Positions 25,631 to 39,423 of a stretch of DNA of 64,000 bases are shown here, piece after piece (the stretch's first letter is position 1; the number at the start of each line of letters is the position of its first letter). The position numbers and the translations under genes were made by a program. The notes under the pieces were generated by a model. That model ran no database searches. It was not told where the DNA came from and saw nothing but the letters and a program-made list of their open reading frames with translations. The DNA comes from Octopus sinensis (lineage: Eukaryota): assembly GCF_006345805.1 (NCBI RefSeq), contig NC_043006.1, positions 17,360,001 to 17,424,000 of the forward strand, read 5' to 3'.

Positions 25631-26550
25631 CTCTTCTTCTTCTTTTTCTTCTTCTTTTTCTTCTTCTTCATTGTCATCACCGTTATTGTGAGCTAACACA
25701 TCCATGTTTTCATGGGTCAGGCACAATTCATTGAGACAGGTTGTTCTACAACTGGATGTCCTTTGTGTCACCAACCCTCACCTGTCTCCAAGTAAGGTAA
25801 TTTTTCCTCATGGTCAAACATATTCTTCACAGAAAATTGGAAACGAATGACAGTAATGGTTGATTACAACCATTACATCATGTGAAGACACAATTGGCAT
25901 ATATACATATACAACTGGCTTTTTTACAGTTTAACTCTACCAAATCCACTCACAGGGGTTTGGTTGACTTGGAGCTATAGTAAAAGACAGTTGCTCAAGG
26001 CGTTGAGATCAAATTACCAGGAAACAAGCTTCTAAACCATATAGCCATGTCTGACCCTTTTGGAAAAGCCAGAATTCACCCCTATTTTATAAAAGCCATG
26101 TCTCTGGATTTCAGAATTATCCCACCCTTTACATTCTTTCATTTATATAAATAATTATGTAAAATATAAATAGCCACTTCGTTACATTCTTCTCTTTATT
26201 CTAAATTCAGAATTTTTCTTCTTTTGGTACCAATGAAGAGAAGAGCAACAATAATGTATTTTTTTGAATATTTATTATATTATTTCTAATGGTTTTGTTG
26301 ACATAAAGAAAATTGTTCTAACTGGGAATTAAAATTAAAGCTTATTTTGACTTCAATTCTTAACCTTTTCCTTATAGAGATAAAAAGTCTGCGTTACATT
26401 TTCATGTGTCTATGCAAATTAGAATATGATAAAATATTTTCTATATTTAAATTCATAAACAAAACTGTATTTCTGGGCAGACATTTCTTCCTCCTCCTCC
26501 TCTCTCTTTTCTTTCTCTCTCTCTTTCTGTATATATGTGTGTGTGTACAT

Positions 26551-26945
26551 GCACAGGAGTGGCTGTGTGGTAAGTAGCTTGCTTATGAACTACATGGTTC
26601 CGGGTTCAGTCCCACTGCGTGGCATCTTGGGCAAATGTCTTCTACTATAGCCTCGGGCCGACCAAAGCCTTGTGAGTGGATTTGGTAGATGGAAACTGAA
26701 AGAAGCCTGTCGTATGTATGTATATATATATATATGTATGTTTGTGTGTCTGTGTTTGTCCCCCTAACATTGCTTGACAACCGATGCTGGTGTGTTTACG
26801 TCCCCGTCACTTAGCGGTTCGGCAAAAGAGACCGATAGAATAAGTACTGGGCTTACAAAGAATAAGTCCCGGGGTCGATTTGCTCGACTAAAGGTGGTGC
26901 TCCAGCATGGCTGCAGTCAAATGACTGAAACAAGTAAAAGTAAAG
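26551..26945 (+). mobile_element. SINE family A, full length
   Basis: Full head-core-tail. Confidence 0.9.
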
Positions 26946-27112
26946 TATGCATGCACACACACACATGCTAGATGGATTGAAACAATTGTAGTGATAAATA
27001 AACATTCTCATATCTTCCATGTTCTATCTCTCATCAAATTCTCAATGAACACCGTGAAAGTGAATCTGCTTTACCAGTAAACTACCAGGTGTATACCATA
27101 CAATTTATTATA

Positions 27113-27876
27113 TAGGCGCAGGAGTGGCTGTGTGGTAAGTAGCTTGCTTACCAACCACATGATTCTGGGTTCATTCCCAATGTGTGGCACCTTGGACAAG
27201 TGTCTTCTACTATAGACTTGGGCCGACCAAAGCCTTGTGAGTGGATTTGGTAGAGGGAAACTGAAAGAAGCCTGTCATCTCTCTCTATATAAACGGCAGT
27301 TTGTCTGTGCGTGTTTCTGTGTGTCTGTTTGCTTGTACCCTCACCCTGACCACGGCTTTCAACCGATTCTGATGAAACTTGACACACACATAGCCCAATG
27401 TCATAATTCAAAACTAGAGCAGCGAAAATTTTGAAAAGTTCCCCCAGTTCTGAAAAAAATCGATAAATTCGACATGGGGTCGAGAATCAGAAACACAAAC
27501 CACAAACTGTCTAGGGGACGCAACCTCACCTTTTTTAACTCTCAAAAAAAATTTACCATAATTTTTTTCCATTTTTTGCTATTTTTTGGCTATAACTCTC
27601 TAAAAATGCTTTATAGTTATTTCCCTTACAAACCTGAGCAACGCCGGGCAATACTGCTAGTATATATATATATGTATGTTTGTGTGTCTGTGTTTGTTCC
27701 CCCAACATCACTTGACAACTGATGGTGGTGTGTTTACGTCCCCATAACTTAGCGTTTCGGCAAAAGAGACCGATAGAATAAGTACTAGGCTTACAAAGAA
27801 TAAGCCCTGGGGGCGATTTGCTCGACTAAAGGCAATGCTCCAGCATGGCCACAGTCAAATGCCTAAAACAAGTAAA

Positions 27877-27880
<4 letters not shown>
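27113..27880 (+). mobile_element. SINE family A interrupted by a Helitron
   Basis: Head 27113-27277 and tail 27661-27880 rejoin across the insert. Confidence 0.85.
27278..27660 (+). mobile_element. Non-autonomous Helitron, family H1
   Basis: Starts TC, ends in a GC-rich gagcaacgccgggc subterminal segment then CTAG, inserted between A and T without a TSD. A second copy lies at 62501. Confidence 0.9.
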
Positions 27881-27917
<37 letters not shown>

Positions 27918-29633
27918 TACATATTAATATACATGAATACAGACATACACATGCATGCACACTAAACATGCACACAATTGTCCAACCCATGCCAGCATGG
28001 AAAGCGAACATGAAGCGATGATGATGATGTATAATGGTCATTATATACATATATATATATATAATGGTTATTGAATACCTACATATATAGATAGGTAGAT
28101 TGAATGATTGATTGATAGACAGGCAGACAGACAGATATGTGTATTGTCATCATTTTTTATTGGGATCTACTACTCTCATAAACTGTTGTATGTGTCATTT
28201 TGACATGGCTTCTATGATTGGATGTCCTTCCTCTCACTAGCCACTCTACAAAATGAACTCTATATCCTAGACTAACCATGCAAGAAAGCATTACAGAGTA
28301 TACTGTGTGCATTTTATCATATCACTGAAATGAGAGACGTTGATAAGTCCTTAGTGAAACAGGACTAAAGGGAACCTAAAACCTTACAATTTCTCTGGTC
28401 ATTTGTCAATCACTTTGTAGTGTGAACTAGACGTATTTCCACATGTACCAGCAAAAGAGAGATGATAATGATAGTGGGTTCTGTGGTCAAGCAGCCAATA
28501 GACTCATGACTTTATTTTTCTTTGTTATGAATACTGTCAGTGTGTTTGTTGAGCTCAATGCAACACATGTATAACAGCTTTTGCTTCAGTTTTCTGTCAG
28601 TGGTGCAAATGAAAGAACCACACCTGTGAAGATGGAACAGTTATACAACTGTAATTTACAGGTGGAGCTTCATTTTTTAATGTGCATTGAAGATGACTGA
28701 AGACATTTTGTTAAAGAAACTCCATCATCTATTCAGCAAGATGCTGGAATTGAACAAAAAAAAAAAGAAACATGGAAAAGAGGGAAACAAAGATAAAACT
28801 GCAATATCTTACTGTATTTAAAGATTCTTGAAAGATTTCAAACTATTTATGTCAATTCTTTATGTTTTGTAAATAAGAAAAAGTAAATATTCATATTCAT
28901 TAAAAACTAGAAAGAAGCCATCAATTTTATCTTAATTTTAGTCTGAAAGGAATAGAAAGATTGTATAAATGGAATAATATTTTTGAAAGATGAAATTATA
29001 TGTCCAAATTATTTAACTATTAAAAAGAAAACTAAACAATTTCAGTTTAATGGAAAACACAGACAGACAGACACACACACACATACTTGCACACAAAAAA
29101 TGGTATGTAGAAATTGTTTGAAATCCAATATTTTAATGTAAAAGTAAATTAAAGGATGGCATGATGGAAGAGTTTTAAAAAACAAAACAAACAAGCCAAC
29201 AGAAATCATATATCTGTTTTATAAAAATTATATGTTCTTTTAATCTAGGTGATAACTATATTTACTATTTGAAAAAATCTTCATGGCAAAGTAGAGATTG
29301 AATTTATTGTTTTTTCCATCTGTTGAGTAAAAACTTTGTACTTAAGCAATTGAAAGGTATTGGATAGATTTTAATTCAAATATAGAAAGTTTGTTGCTAT
29401 TGGAGTAAATGGCAGATTGTGTGAAATTAATTTTTAAATATAAGATTGATATATGGATTGTCCATAGCATTCAATAAGAAAGAAGAATTTACAATTATTT
29501 TTTATAAGGGTTTTACATTTCATAATAAAATGTCTTCATTCTAATTTTAACAAATCTAAAGATTACATGCACCAGCAAAGCAGTTGAAAATACAATTGAT
29601 TTATATGACCCAAACTCTGTGTTGGTTTGCTAA

Positions 29634-30026
29634 TCTCTCTCTATATATAAAGCTGAAGTTGTCTGTGTATGGAAGGTTTGGTAGCCTTCAACTAACACTA
29701 TCTCCTCTGAGACCCTGTGGTGCAAGTTGACCAAAATTGAGAGTACGATAGAAGAAGGCTTGCTCTTCCTTTCGTAGAAGAAAAAATTCAAATCGGACCG
29801 TCAACACCAAAAATTATATACATCAAAAAAGTGCTTTTTTTCTATGAAAATCCCTATTTTTTTACAAATTTTTGACTGCTGTATTGCCATTTTTCAGTGT
29901 ATTTGAACCAGAAAAATGTTCACTTAAAGAGAATAACAAGCTACATAATGCAAAATTTTTACTTTTCAAAAATTCCAATTCTAAAGGGTCGAGACAAACC
30001 CGGGCAATGCTGGGTAATACTGCTAG
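29634..30026 (+). mobile_element. Non-autonomous Helitron, family H2
   Basis: A|TCTCTCTCTATATATAAAG ... cccgggcaatgctgggtaatactgCTAG|T; its body differs from H1. Confidence 0.85.
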
Positions 30027-30933
30027 TTATTTATAAATTTGGGTTCTCAGAGTCTTTGGTCACATTCCACCCCTTTTGATCCCAGATTTCTCTTATTCCT
30101 CAACTCATTTTGAATTGTTGTTAAGTATTTTTTTTTTCACCATTATTCTTTTGTAATGGTAATTATTGAAACAATGTATGAAAATACATTACTTTAATCG
30201 TATTTCAGTGAATCATAAAAATCCCATTTAATACCACATATATTGTTAGAAATGCTAAAGACACTTTATAAAGTGTTGTCAAAAGGGGGAAAGAAGGGAT
30301 ATGGTAATAATTAAATCTTTGCTCTACAAGACTTCCATTTTAATTTGATGTCCAGTTTGACCTTCATGCTGAGAAACTAAACTAGGACACTGAGGAGCAA
30401 ATCCAATTAGTTTTGTTTAATGGTCACTAAACTCACAATTGTTGAGACATCCTTGTTTGTTAGTTGATATATATCCACAACAATACTAAAGGCATATTCA
30501 AACCAACTACATTGTTGGGGAGGGCAAAAGAATTTGTGGGACCTGAGTATCATATTACTAAGAACTTTGGATATATAATTTTAGCCATACAAAATCTTCA
30601 AGCATACATCACAAAAGAAACTCATCATATATGTATACATACATACTTACATACATATATATAATATAATAAAATGTATATATATATATGTGTGTGTGCA
30701 ACTTTTTGGACTAATGGGTATAAGTTAATTAGTGTGTTGAGTAAAGCACATTCACAGTTTGGGCTGTCTGGTGTCATCCATGGTTGGGGTATATTTCCAC
30801 TGGATCTACTTCAGCAATTCTGCAGTGTTAGTTGAGATAATAGTAATTGATGAAGTATGATGATCATAGAATGATACGAAATAATCTTTATACTGAATCT
30901 ATCTTCCATTTCCTTCATCAGTTATTGTTGTTG

Positions 30934-30964
<31 letters not shown>

Positions 30965-31198
30965 ATGCTTGACTTTTGCTTTATATTTGTACTAGTTGGC
31001 TCCAAGTCTCACCCAGAGACCTCAAGAGACAACAGGTTGGAAGTTCGTGTAGTTGTTATGCCTAGTTTGCCATATATTTGGTTTTGTACTTAGTGTTGTA
31101 CTAGTGAATGTCTAAAAAAAAAAAAAAAATTATGTTTGCTTTAAAATTTGAGATTACATAGAAATTATTCCCATGAGCACTATCTTTTGAATTTCTGC

Positions 31199-31231
<33 letters not shown>

Positions 31232-32358
31232 ACACACACACACACACACACATGTTTTGAGTTCTATTTTTCCTGTTTGCATCACCAAGCCTATATGTAT
31301 GTGTGTGTGTGTGTGTGTATGTTTGTGTATATATGTATATGTATGTGTTTATGCATTTGTGTCTCCTTGTCTGATGCCACATAATGGTTGTTAAATGGGT
31401 CTCACTGCCATACAAGTAGTATTTATTTCCACTCTTCTGCAAAAACATGTATGACTTTGGTTGGAAGAAGGTAAAGGTTGGCAACCAAAAGGGCGCCTGG
31501 TCATATAAAATCTGCCTCAACAAATCCCATGTGACCCATACAAGCATAGAGAAATAGACATTAAACTGACGATGATGATGATGATGACAACAACAGTGGC
31601 AGCCATTCCAGTGCTTATCCATATTCTTCAACTTAGCAGTTCCTGAATTTTGAAACATCAAATAAAATTTCATTTTGAAATATGAGATAAAAATTAAGCA
31701 TGCCGATTTTATAAAGTATAAGAATATGAAAAACAGTTAAACAGTCTTTCAAAGTAAAATTCTTATTTATGTGTTATAAACTTCATTTCCACCAAGACTG
31801 TTATTAAAAATTGTTAGAGCTACCATAATAATTCTGCAGTTGAGAAATCTTTATGGTTTAAATTAACTGTGGTATATTGTTAGAATCTGTTACAAGTCTT
31901 GACTACAGAGAAATACTATATGAAAATCAATAAGTACTATGAAGCAAGTCTGACACAAAGTCTTTTCTATACTAAACATTATGTTTTATTTCATGTAACC
32001 CCCTCCCTTGCAGACTGAAAACAAAACTGACTCAATTAAGGGAACAATTGTTTTTTTTTTTTTTGCTCCTAGTTGTGCAGCTATATAGATCATAGCATAA
32101 CATAATGCTAAAACACACCTGTGCTCTTACACACTTTCACACATACAGAAGAGCTAGGTAGCTAAATACAGGTGAAGTGTCTCCTACTTATTTTATATTA
32201 CATTTTATTAACAACAAGCATTGTGAGTTACAGGTTTCCATTAAGCCACTCACGAGTCTATTGGAATTCCGTGGGCAAGAATGATAAGGAGATTTCTTGT
32301 GCCACTCAAGCAAAACATATACTGCACAGGGTATACTGAATTAGTATTTACTAAAAAA

Positions 32359-32589
32359 GGTGGCAAGCTGGCAGAAACGTTAGCATGCTGGGCGAAATGT
32401 GTAGCCGTATTTTGTCTGCCGTTACATTCTGAGTTCAAATTCCGCCGAGGTAGACTTTGCCTTTTATCCTTTCGGGGTTGATAAATTAAGTACCAGTTAC
32501 GCACTGGGGTCGATATAATCGACTTAATCCGTTTGTCTGTCCTTGTTTGTCCCCTCTGTGTTTAGCCCCTTGTGGGTAGTAAAGAAATA
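32359..32589 (+). mobile_element. SINE family F
   Basis: ggtggcaagctggcagaaacgttagc head, ctgagttcaaattcc B box-like sequence; reverse copies at 54995 and 56483. Confidence 0.85.
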
Positions 32590-32833
32590 TATATATACTG
32601 AATTAGAAATACTGCTTTTTATACTTTGCTTGAGTAAGCATTGGTGAAACATGCACCACCACATTTTATATGTGTGTGTGTAAACTTTGTGGTGAAAGTG
32701 ATCTAAGTTAAAATCTTCCAACAAAATTTCCTGTTAATTTGTGTTTCAATGTCTTCTTTGACATGGTTTCAATGGCTAGATGCTCTTCCTAACACCAACC
32801 AATCTACAGTGTACTTTTTTTTTTTTTAGTACT

Positions 32834-33525
32834 AGTAGTAGTAACGCCTCCAAGTGAGAAGGGGGTACAATATTGAGGGAGGTAGCTTTGTGCTTGATGT
32901 TGTTGAGAGGCTAAAGTATGACAGAGGGACAGGAACAAACATTTTGCTTCTTTCGGTATCCATCTATCACATAGGCGCAGGAGTGGCTGTTTGGTAAGTA
33001 GCTTGCTAACCAACTACATGGTTCCGGGTTCAGTCCCACTGCGTGGCATCTTGGGCAAGTGTCTTCTGCTATAGCCCCGGGCCGACCAATGCCTTGTGAG
33101 TGGATTTGGTAGACGGAAACTGAAAGAAGCCTGTCGTATATATGTATATATGTATATATGTGTGTATATGTTTGTGTGTCTGTGTTTGTTCCCCTAGCAT
33201 TGCTTGACAACCGATCCTGGTGTGTTTACGTCCCCGTCACTTAGCGGTTTGGCAAAAAGAGACCGATAGAATAAGTACTGGGCTTACAAAGAATAAGTCC
33301 CGGGGTCGATTTGCTCGACTAAAGGCGGTGCTCCAGCATGGCCGCAGTCAAATGACTGAAACAAGTAAAAGAGTAAAGAGTAAAAGAGTAGTAGTAACGC
33401 CTCCAAGTGAGAAGGGGGTACAATATTGAGGGAGGTAGCTTTGTGCTTGATGTTGTTGAGAGGCTAAAGTATGACAGAGGGACAGGAACAAACATTTTGC
33501 TTCTTTCGGTATCCATCTATCACAT
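32834..33525 (+). mobile_element. SINE family A (32973-33386) flanked by an identical 139-bp direct repeat (32834-32972 and 33387-33525)
   Basis: The two flanks read identically from agtagtagtaacgcc to catctatcacat. Confidence 0.95.
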
Positions 33526-34011
33526 CCACTCATAGGGCTTTGATTGATCTGGGGCTATAGTAAGAGACACTTGACCAAGGTGCCACACAGTGGGATTGAT
33601 CCTAAGATCATGTAGTTGGGAAGCAAACTTCTTAACCACATAGCCGTGCCTGTACCTATATAGTTTAGACATTTTTGTCAGAGGCGCACGAGCCTGGCTT
33701 TTAATCTCATTGTGTAATAGCTTGAGAAAGAGTCTTCTACTATTGTCTTGGATGAACAATATCTAGTGAATGGAATTTGGAGATTGCACAGAACCCCTTC
33801 GGGAGTGTGTATGTGTGTCTGTGAGAGAAATTACTTAGGTCTATTTATGTGTGTGTTCCTGTTTATGCTGGGCATTAGAACTGTGTAATGACATGCTATG
33901 CTCTGTAACTTAGCGGGTCAGCAAATAGAGTTTAACATAGTGAATAACTAGGGTAATATGACTAGATCGTCAAAGGTGAGGACCAACACAATTGATTCTA
34001 GTAACAGAAAC

Positions 34012-34312
34012 CATCATCATCATCATCATCGTTTAAAATCTGTTTTCCATGCTAGCATGGGTTGGACGTTTCGACTGGGGTCTGGGAAGCCAGGAGGCTG
34101 CACCAGGCTCCAGTCTGATCTGGCAGTGTTTCTACAGCTGGATGCCCTTCCTAATGCCAACCACTCCGTGAGTGTAGTGGGTGCTTTTTACGTGCCAGGG
34201 GAGACTGGCAACGACCATGATTGGTTGGTGGTTTTTACGTGCCACTGACATGGAAGCCAGTCAAGGCGGTGTTGACATCGTCCACGTACGGGTGGTGCTT
34301 TTTACGTGCTTT
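34012..34312 (-). mobile_element. Retroposon family B
   Basis: (CAT)n followed by the reverse-complement body. Confidence 0.85.
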
Positions 34313-34699
34313 TTAAAACCATATTTTTTTAAAATTCTGTTACAAGTATTTAAAACAAAACTTGTTCTTTTTTCCAATGTTGGATAACACATGCCGTCAT
34401 ACAAAACTGCTTTTATGAATATTCCGCTTGTGTGTCTACAATAAAAAGCTCTGTACTAATCACCATTTATTGATGTGGTGCTCAGAAGCGAGACATGAAA
34501 GAAGTTAAGGCTCTGAGATATTGGATATCTATTATTACTTGTAAAAGAAAAAACCATAAAACAGATATCAAATGATTTGACTAAAGTTTACAAAGTGTAA
34601 TAGAGGCAGTAAAGGTGGCTTTGAGAAAATTAAACCAGGAAAGTATATGGAAACCATTTTGTTTTTCTGTCTCCAATCAGCTCAGACACATCGGTCTGT

Positions 34700-34820
34700 C
34701 TTTATCTATCTGTCTGTCTGTCTGTCTGTGTGAGGGTCTGCTTCTCTCTCCCTCTCTTTCTCTTTCTCTGTCTCTCTCTCTTTCTCTCTCTTTCTCTTTC
34801 TGTTTCTCTCTCACTCTCTG

Positions 34821-34856
<36 letters not shown>

Positions 34857-35205
34857 TTCGGTCTCTTTCTCTCTCCCTCTTTCTCTCTCTCTCTCTCACT
34901 CTCTGTCTCTCTCTCTCTCTTCCTCTCTTTCGGTCTCTTTCTCTCTCTTTCTCTCTCCCTCTTTCTCTCTCTTTCTCTCTTTCTCTTTTTCTCTCTCTTT
35001 CTCTCTCTCTCTCTTTCTCTTTCTCTATCTCTCACTCTCTGTCTCTCTCTCTTCCTCTCTCTCTTTCTCTTTCTCTCTCCCTCTCTTTCTCTCTCCCTCT
35101 TTCTCTCTTTCTCTTTCTCTCTTTCTCTTTCTCTCTCTCTCTCTCCCTCTCTTTCTCTCTTTGTCTGTGTATGTCTATATTTATCTCTCTGTCAGTCTCT
35201 CTGAC
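34700..35205. repeat. About 500-bp degenerate (CT)n/(CTTT)n polypyrimidine tract
   Basis: Directly visible; source of the S/L and E/R ORFs. Confidence 0.95.
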
Positions 35206-36429
35206 TATCTGTGTGTATACATTATAAATTACTAGTAACACATGCACATGCAGACACTTTAATATATTTTTGCTAAATACACATCATTATATGTATTGCT
35301 GTATATCATTAGCGTGTTTTATATCTCGGGTGATATCAAATAAAATCTTCACAATAATCACTATATAATCACATTCTGTAACACCAAGAGATATGATACA
35401 TGATTATGAGAGTTTTATTTGATTTTCCTTGAAATGTATAATAGATTAACATTATAACAAGTTATTATGTATATATATCACGCTGCATATTGCATAGCGA
35501 TGTGTTTTGAGAAAAGGATAGCATAAAGCAGTAGGATAAATGCTTGAGGTGTATATAGAAGTCAAAAGTATTGAATGTTCTTTCATACTCAGGAGGCATA
35601 AAGAGAGAACCGAAGACCAGAATGTCTTTCTTAGACATTCTTTTACTGGTTTAAACCAATGGAATCAATCATGCTGGACTTTGTCATTGATGGTTTAATC
35701 TGTCGTGTTGACCCTGGTACTTATTTTGTCATCAGTAACTTTTTAAAAAACCACATGAGGGTACATTACACCTGTTTCAACAAACAGTGTAAACATCAAC
35801 ACACACATATCTGAAGGGCTTTAGCACAATTTCCAAATTCCATTTATATATTTGTCCATCCAAGACTATAATAGAAGTCACTTGCTCAAGCTACCACATA
35901 GGTGAGATTGATCCTAGAGAATCACATAGCTGTAAAAAAGATTTCTCAATTATACAGTCATATTTGTCTGTATTTGTAGTTTACTTTGCTTTTTTTTTAC
36001 TTAGCAATAATGTGGTCTAGTGGTTAAGGTGTTGCACCCATGAAGGTAAGATTGTGGTTTCAATTCCCCTATCAGGTGGTGAATTGTGCTTTTGAGCAAA
36101 ACATTTCATTTAACTGTGAAAAAGACTTCTTAAATTTTACAGCCATATATTTGCCTATCTGAATATTTTTTACTTCGCAATATCTTGATCTGGTGGTTAA
36201 GATGTTGCACCCACAATCATAAGATGGTGGTTTCAATTCCACTCAGCTGTAAATGCATTCTTGCAGTAGCTGGGAATTTAACCTGATGAGAGACTGGTAT
36301 CCAATTCTGGGGGAAAGTGGATTGTGATCTCAGCCACTCACACACTGTGGAAACAGGATTAAGTTACAACCTTGTGAGTCCTAGACCTCCTGACGAAGTA
36401 AATAGCAAATTCTTAAACTGAGATATCCA

Positions 36430-36620
36430 TCTCTGGCTAGTTTATTCTTTTCACTTCAAGTCTGGTGGGAATGTAGGTTGCAACATTTATGTCTTTCTCA
36501 AAGATATTGGCGAGATCATTAATGTAAAACAGGAACTAAAATCTAAGGTGTTCTCTGAGACTGCCTGGAGCTTGCTTTGTGTTGTTGATTAGTAATGATT
36601 GTGCACTGATCGTTAACTAT
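36430..36620 (-). mobile_element. Possible LINE reverse-transcriptase remnant
   Basis: Minus frame SAQSLLINNTKQAPGS..FLFYINDLANIFEKDINVATY resembles the RT motif PQGSVLGPLLFLIYINDL..YADD, but the catalytic DD is missing. Confidence 0.4.
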
Positions 36621-37629
36621 ACATTGTTAGCGATGGATATAGATATGATATTGCATGATAAATGATAATGCATCATTTTGTATAATAGAAGAATTTTTTC
36701 ATACAACTTTAACACTTATTTTCTGCAATAAAGAAAGTAACTGTATTGCAGACATGCTCAACAGAGACTAGCATATAGAATGGTTAATGCTTCTAATAAT
36801 AAAAGTGCTTGGAATAACACTATTTAAATATGATATGATACCAAATTGTCTTAATAACCTTAATATCATAAATAGATATATTTAATTTCATTCTTCAAAT
36901 AATATAAAATAGTTTGATAGAAAATGGTGAGCTAAAACCTATTGTGTTCTTTTGCCATGCTCTATATTCTACAGCTTTACAGCATCATATAGAATTTTGT
37001 ATTTGGTGGTTAATTGATGTGATTAAAAGTCCGTTCAGCTGGAAGAAGATTTGATTTGCAACAGGAAATTTTCATAATGCTATTATATTTGTTTAGAAAT
37101 CCTTGATGTATTTCTAAATGTCCTACAATTACCAAAATGCTTGACTTGACTCCTCAATTTTTAATAATAAAATTGCTATACTTAATATCTTTCATGAAGT
37201 GCACATGCTATAATTATATATTCTTCTTAACAGCCTCATAAATAGCGACCCTAAATTATGTCCAGCCTCACACATGAATTTTTTGTATAGCCAACACTAC
37301 ATCGCAAAAGTTGGTTTTCTCTTCGGAAACAGAAAATACTTAACAAAGTAGAGCTTCTTACTCGTTTTTCAATGAATAAATATACCCTACATTGGATGCA
37401 GTTGAGAAGTGCAATTGAGAAGTGTGCATCCCACCCACATGGTTGTGAAACATGGCACTTTGGGCAAGTGTCTTCTATAATCCAAAGATTACCTTAAGCC
37501 TTGTGAGGTTGATGGAATTGGAAAGAAGCCTGTCATATATATATATATATATATATAAACGACGGTGCATCAGCATGGCCGCAGCTCTGAGCTGAAACTA
37601 GAAAAAAAAAAAATATATATATATATACA

Positions 37630-37990
37630 CGAGCAAAAACGCCCCCCGTCCAATGGACAGTGCTGAGTTGTCAAACATTTAAACCAAATTTTCTCAAAAC
37701 AACTTGTCTGACCATCCCATAGGCCTCCCCTTTGAGAAACACTTATTCAACCTAAATTTGAGACACCAGCAAAAGACAGATTTCGACTGATGTACTTGCA
37801 CGTACAAATGCACGTTCCCACGGCTTCATCGATCGCATTCTCACCTGGAATCGATTTTTGTAATTTTTTCAAGACTTATACACACCCTGATACTGTTGGT
37901 ATCTACATATCAAATTTGAGCGCAAAAGGAGGATGCCTGAGATCCTAGAAGACACACAGACAGACAGACAGAACGGATTTTATATATAAT
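37630..37990 (-). mobile_element. Non-autonomous Helitron, family H3 (decayed 3' end)
   Basis: The minus strand starts tatataaaatccgttctgtctgtctg. A subterminal hairpin gtcc-aat-ggac lies near the end, which reads CTCG instead of CTAG. Confidence 0.55.
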
Positions 37991-38011
37991 ATATATATAT
38001 ATATTTATTTG

Positions 38012-38065
<54 letters not shown>

Positions 38066-38070
38066 TATAT

Positions 38071-38603
38071 GTAAAGAAAATGGATAGTGTTCACATAGAA
38101 AAAAAACAATTTATTTATGTAATGGTCAATTTAATGTCACCTATGCATATTTCGGTTCCCACCTACATTCATATTTAACAATTAAAATTGCATTACAAAT
38201 TTAAAAGGTAAAGATCTCTTCAGAGCAAAAATTGACATATATTCATATCTATTCATTCAGTATGTAAGGAGCTCCATCCATTAGGATGTAAATGAATATA
38301 TATATATGAATGTGGCACTTTGGGTAGGTGTCCTCCACTATAGCCCCGAGCCGACCGGAGCTTTGTGATTGAATTCGGTAGGTGGAAGTTACTGCCGTGT
38401 GTGTATGTGTGCGTATAGCTGCTCAGTACCTCTCCGAAAGAGAGAGAGGAATACATGTCAATTTTTGCTCTGAAGAGATCTTTACCTTTCAAATTCATAA
38501 TGCAATTTCAATTGTAAAATATGAATGTAGGTTGGAATTGAAATGTGCATAGGCAACATGAAATTGATTTTTTTTCTGTGTTCACATTCTCTATTTTCTT
38601 TAT
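38071..38603. mobile_element. Inverted arms of about 150-170 bp with a degenerate hammerhead-like core, enclosing a SINE fragment
   Basis: 38071-38240 is the reverse complement of 38455-38603. CTGAAGA lies at 38470 and GAAATGTGCATA at 38540. Confidence 0.55.
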
Positions 38604-39029
38604 ATTATATTATTAAATTCTGTTCTCCGAGATCAAATGGATGAAAACATCTATAACAACTGGAACTTTATAAGTGCTAAGCACTAATGTTGAAGAAGAA
38701 CCATCAATAAACACTAATACTAACACAAATTAACAAATTCCAGGAAAATTAATCGATAGGGAGATAAACTAGTGTAAACGTGGATCAAATACATCCCCAT
38801 GAAAGAGCAACCTCTTTCCATAAGAAACTTCATAATATATGTATATGTGTGTGTGTGTGTGTGTATGAGTTTAAATGTCTCTGAAAGTTACTTTACCTTT
38901 CATCATTTTAAGGTCAGTAAATATAGGCTGAAAGGCAAAGTTAACCTTAGCTAGACTTGAACTCAGACTACTGAGTTGAGATAACTAATACAAAGCATTC
39001 TATTTGATGTTCAACAACTCTGTCAGTTC

Positions 39030-39423
39030 ACTCTTTTACTTGTTTCAATCATTTGACTGTGGCCATGCTGGAGCACCACCTTTAGTTGAGCAAACTGACC
39101 CACAGGACTTATTTTTGTAAGCGTAGTACTTATTCTATCAGTGTCTTTTACCGAACCGCTAAGTTATGGGGGGACGTAAACACACCAGCATCGGTTGTCA
39201 AATGATGTTGGTGGGGACAAACACAGACACACACATGCACACACATATATATATATATACGACGGGCTTCTTTCAGTTTCTGTCTGCTAAATCCACTCAC
39301 AAGGGTTTGGTCCGCCCGAGGCTATAGTAGAAGACACTTGCCCAAGGTGCCGCGCAGTGGGACTGAACCCGGAACCATGTGGTTTGTAAGCAAGCTACTT
39401 ACCACACAGCTACTCCTATGCCT
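39030..39423 (-). mobile_element. SINE family A, full length
   Basis: Reverse-complement match. Confidence 0.9.

Noticed and set aside
28540-28655. Cys-rich frame CVC*AQCNTC..CQWCK*KNHTC read as a selenoprotein or PHD/PSI domain
   Set aside because: Stop density in the region is at background level, I see no SECIS-like hairpin, and there is no splice or start context.
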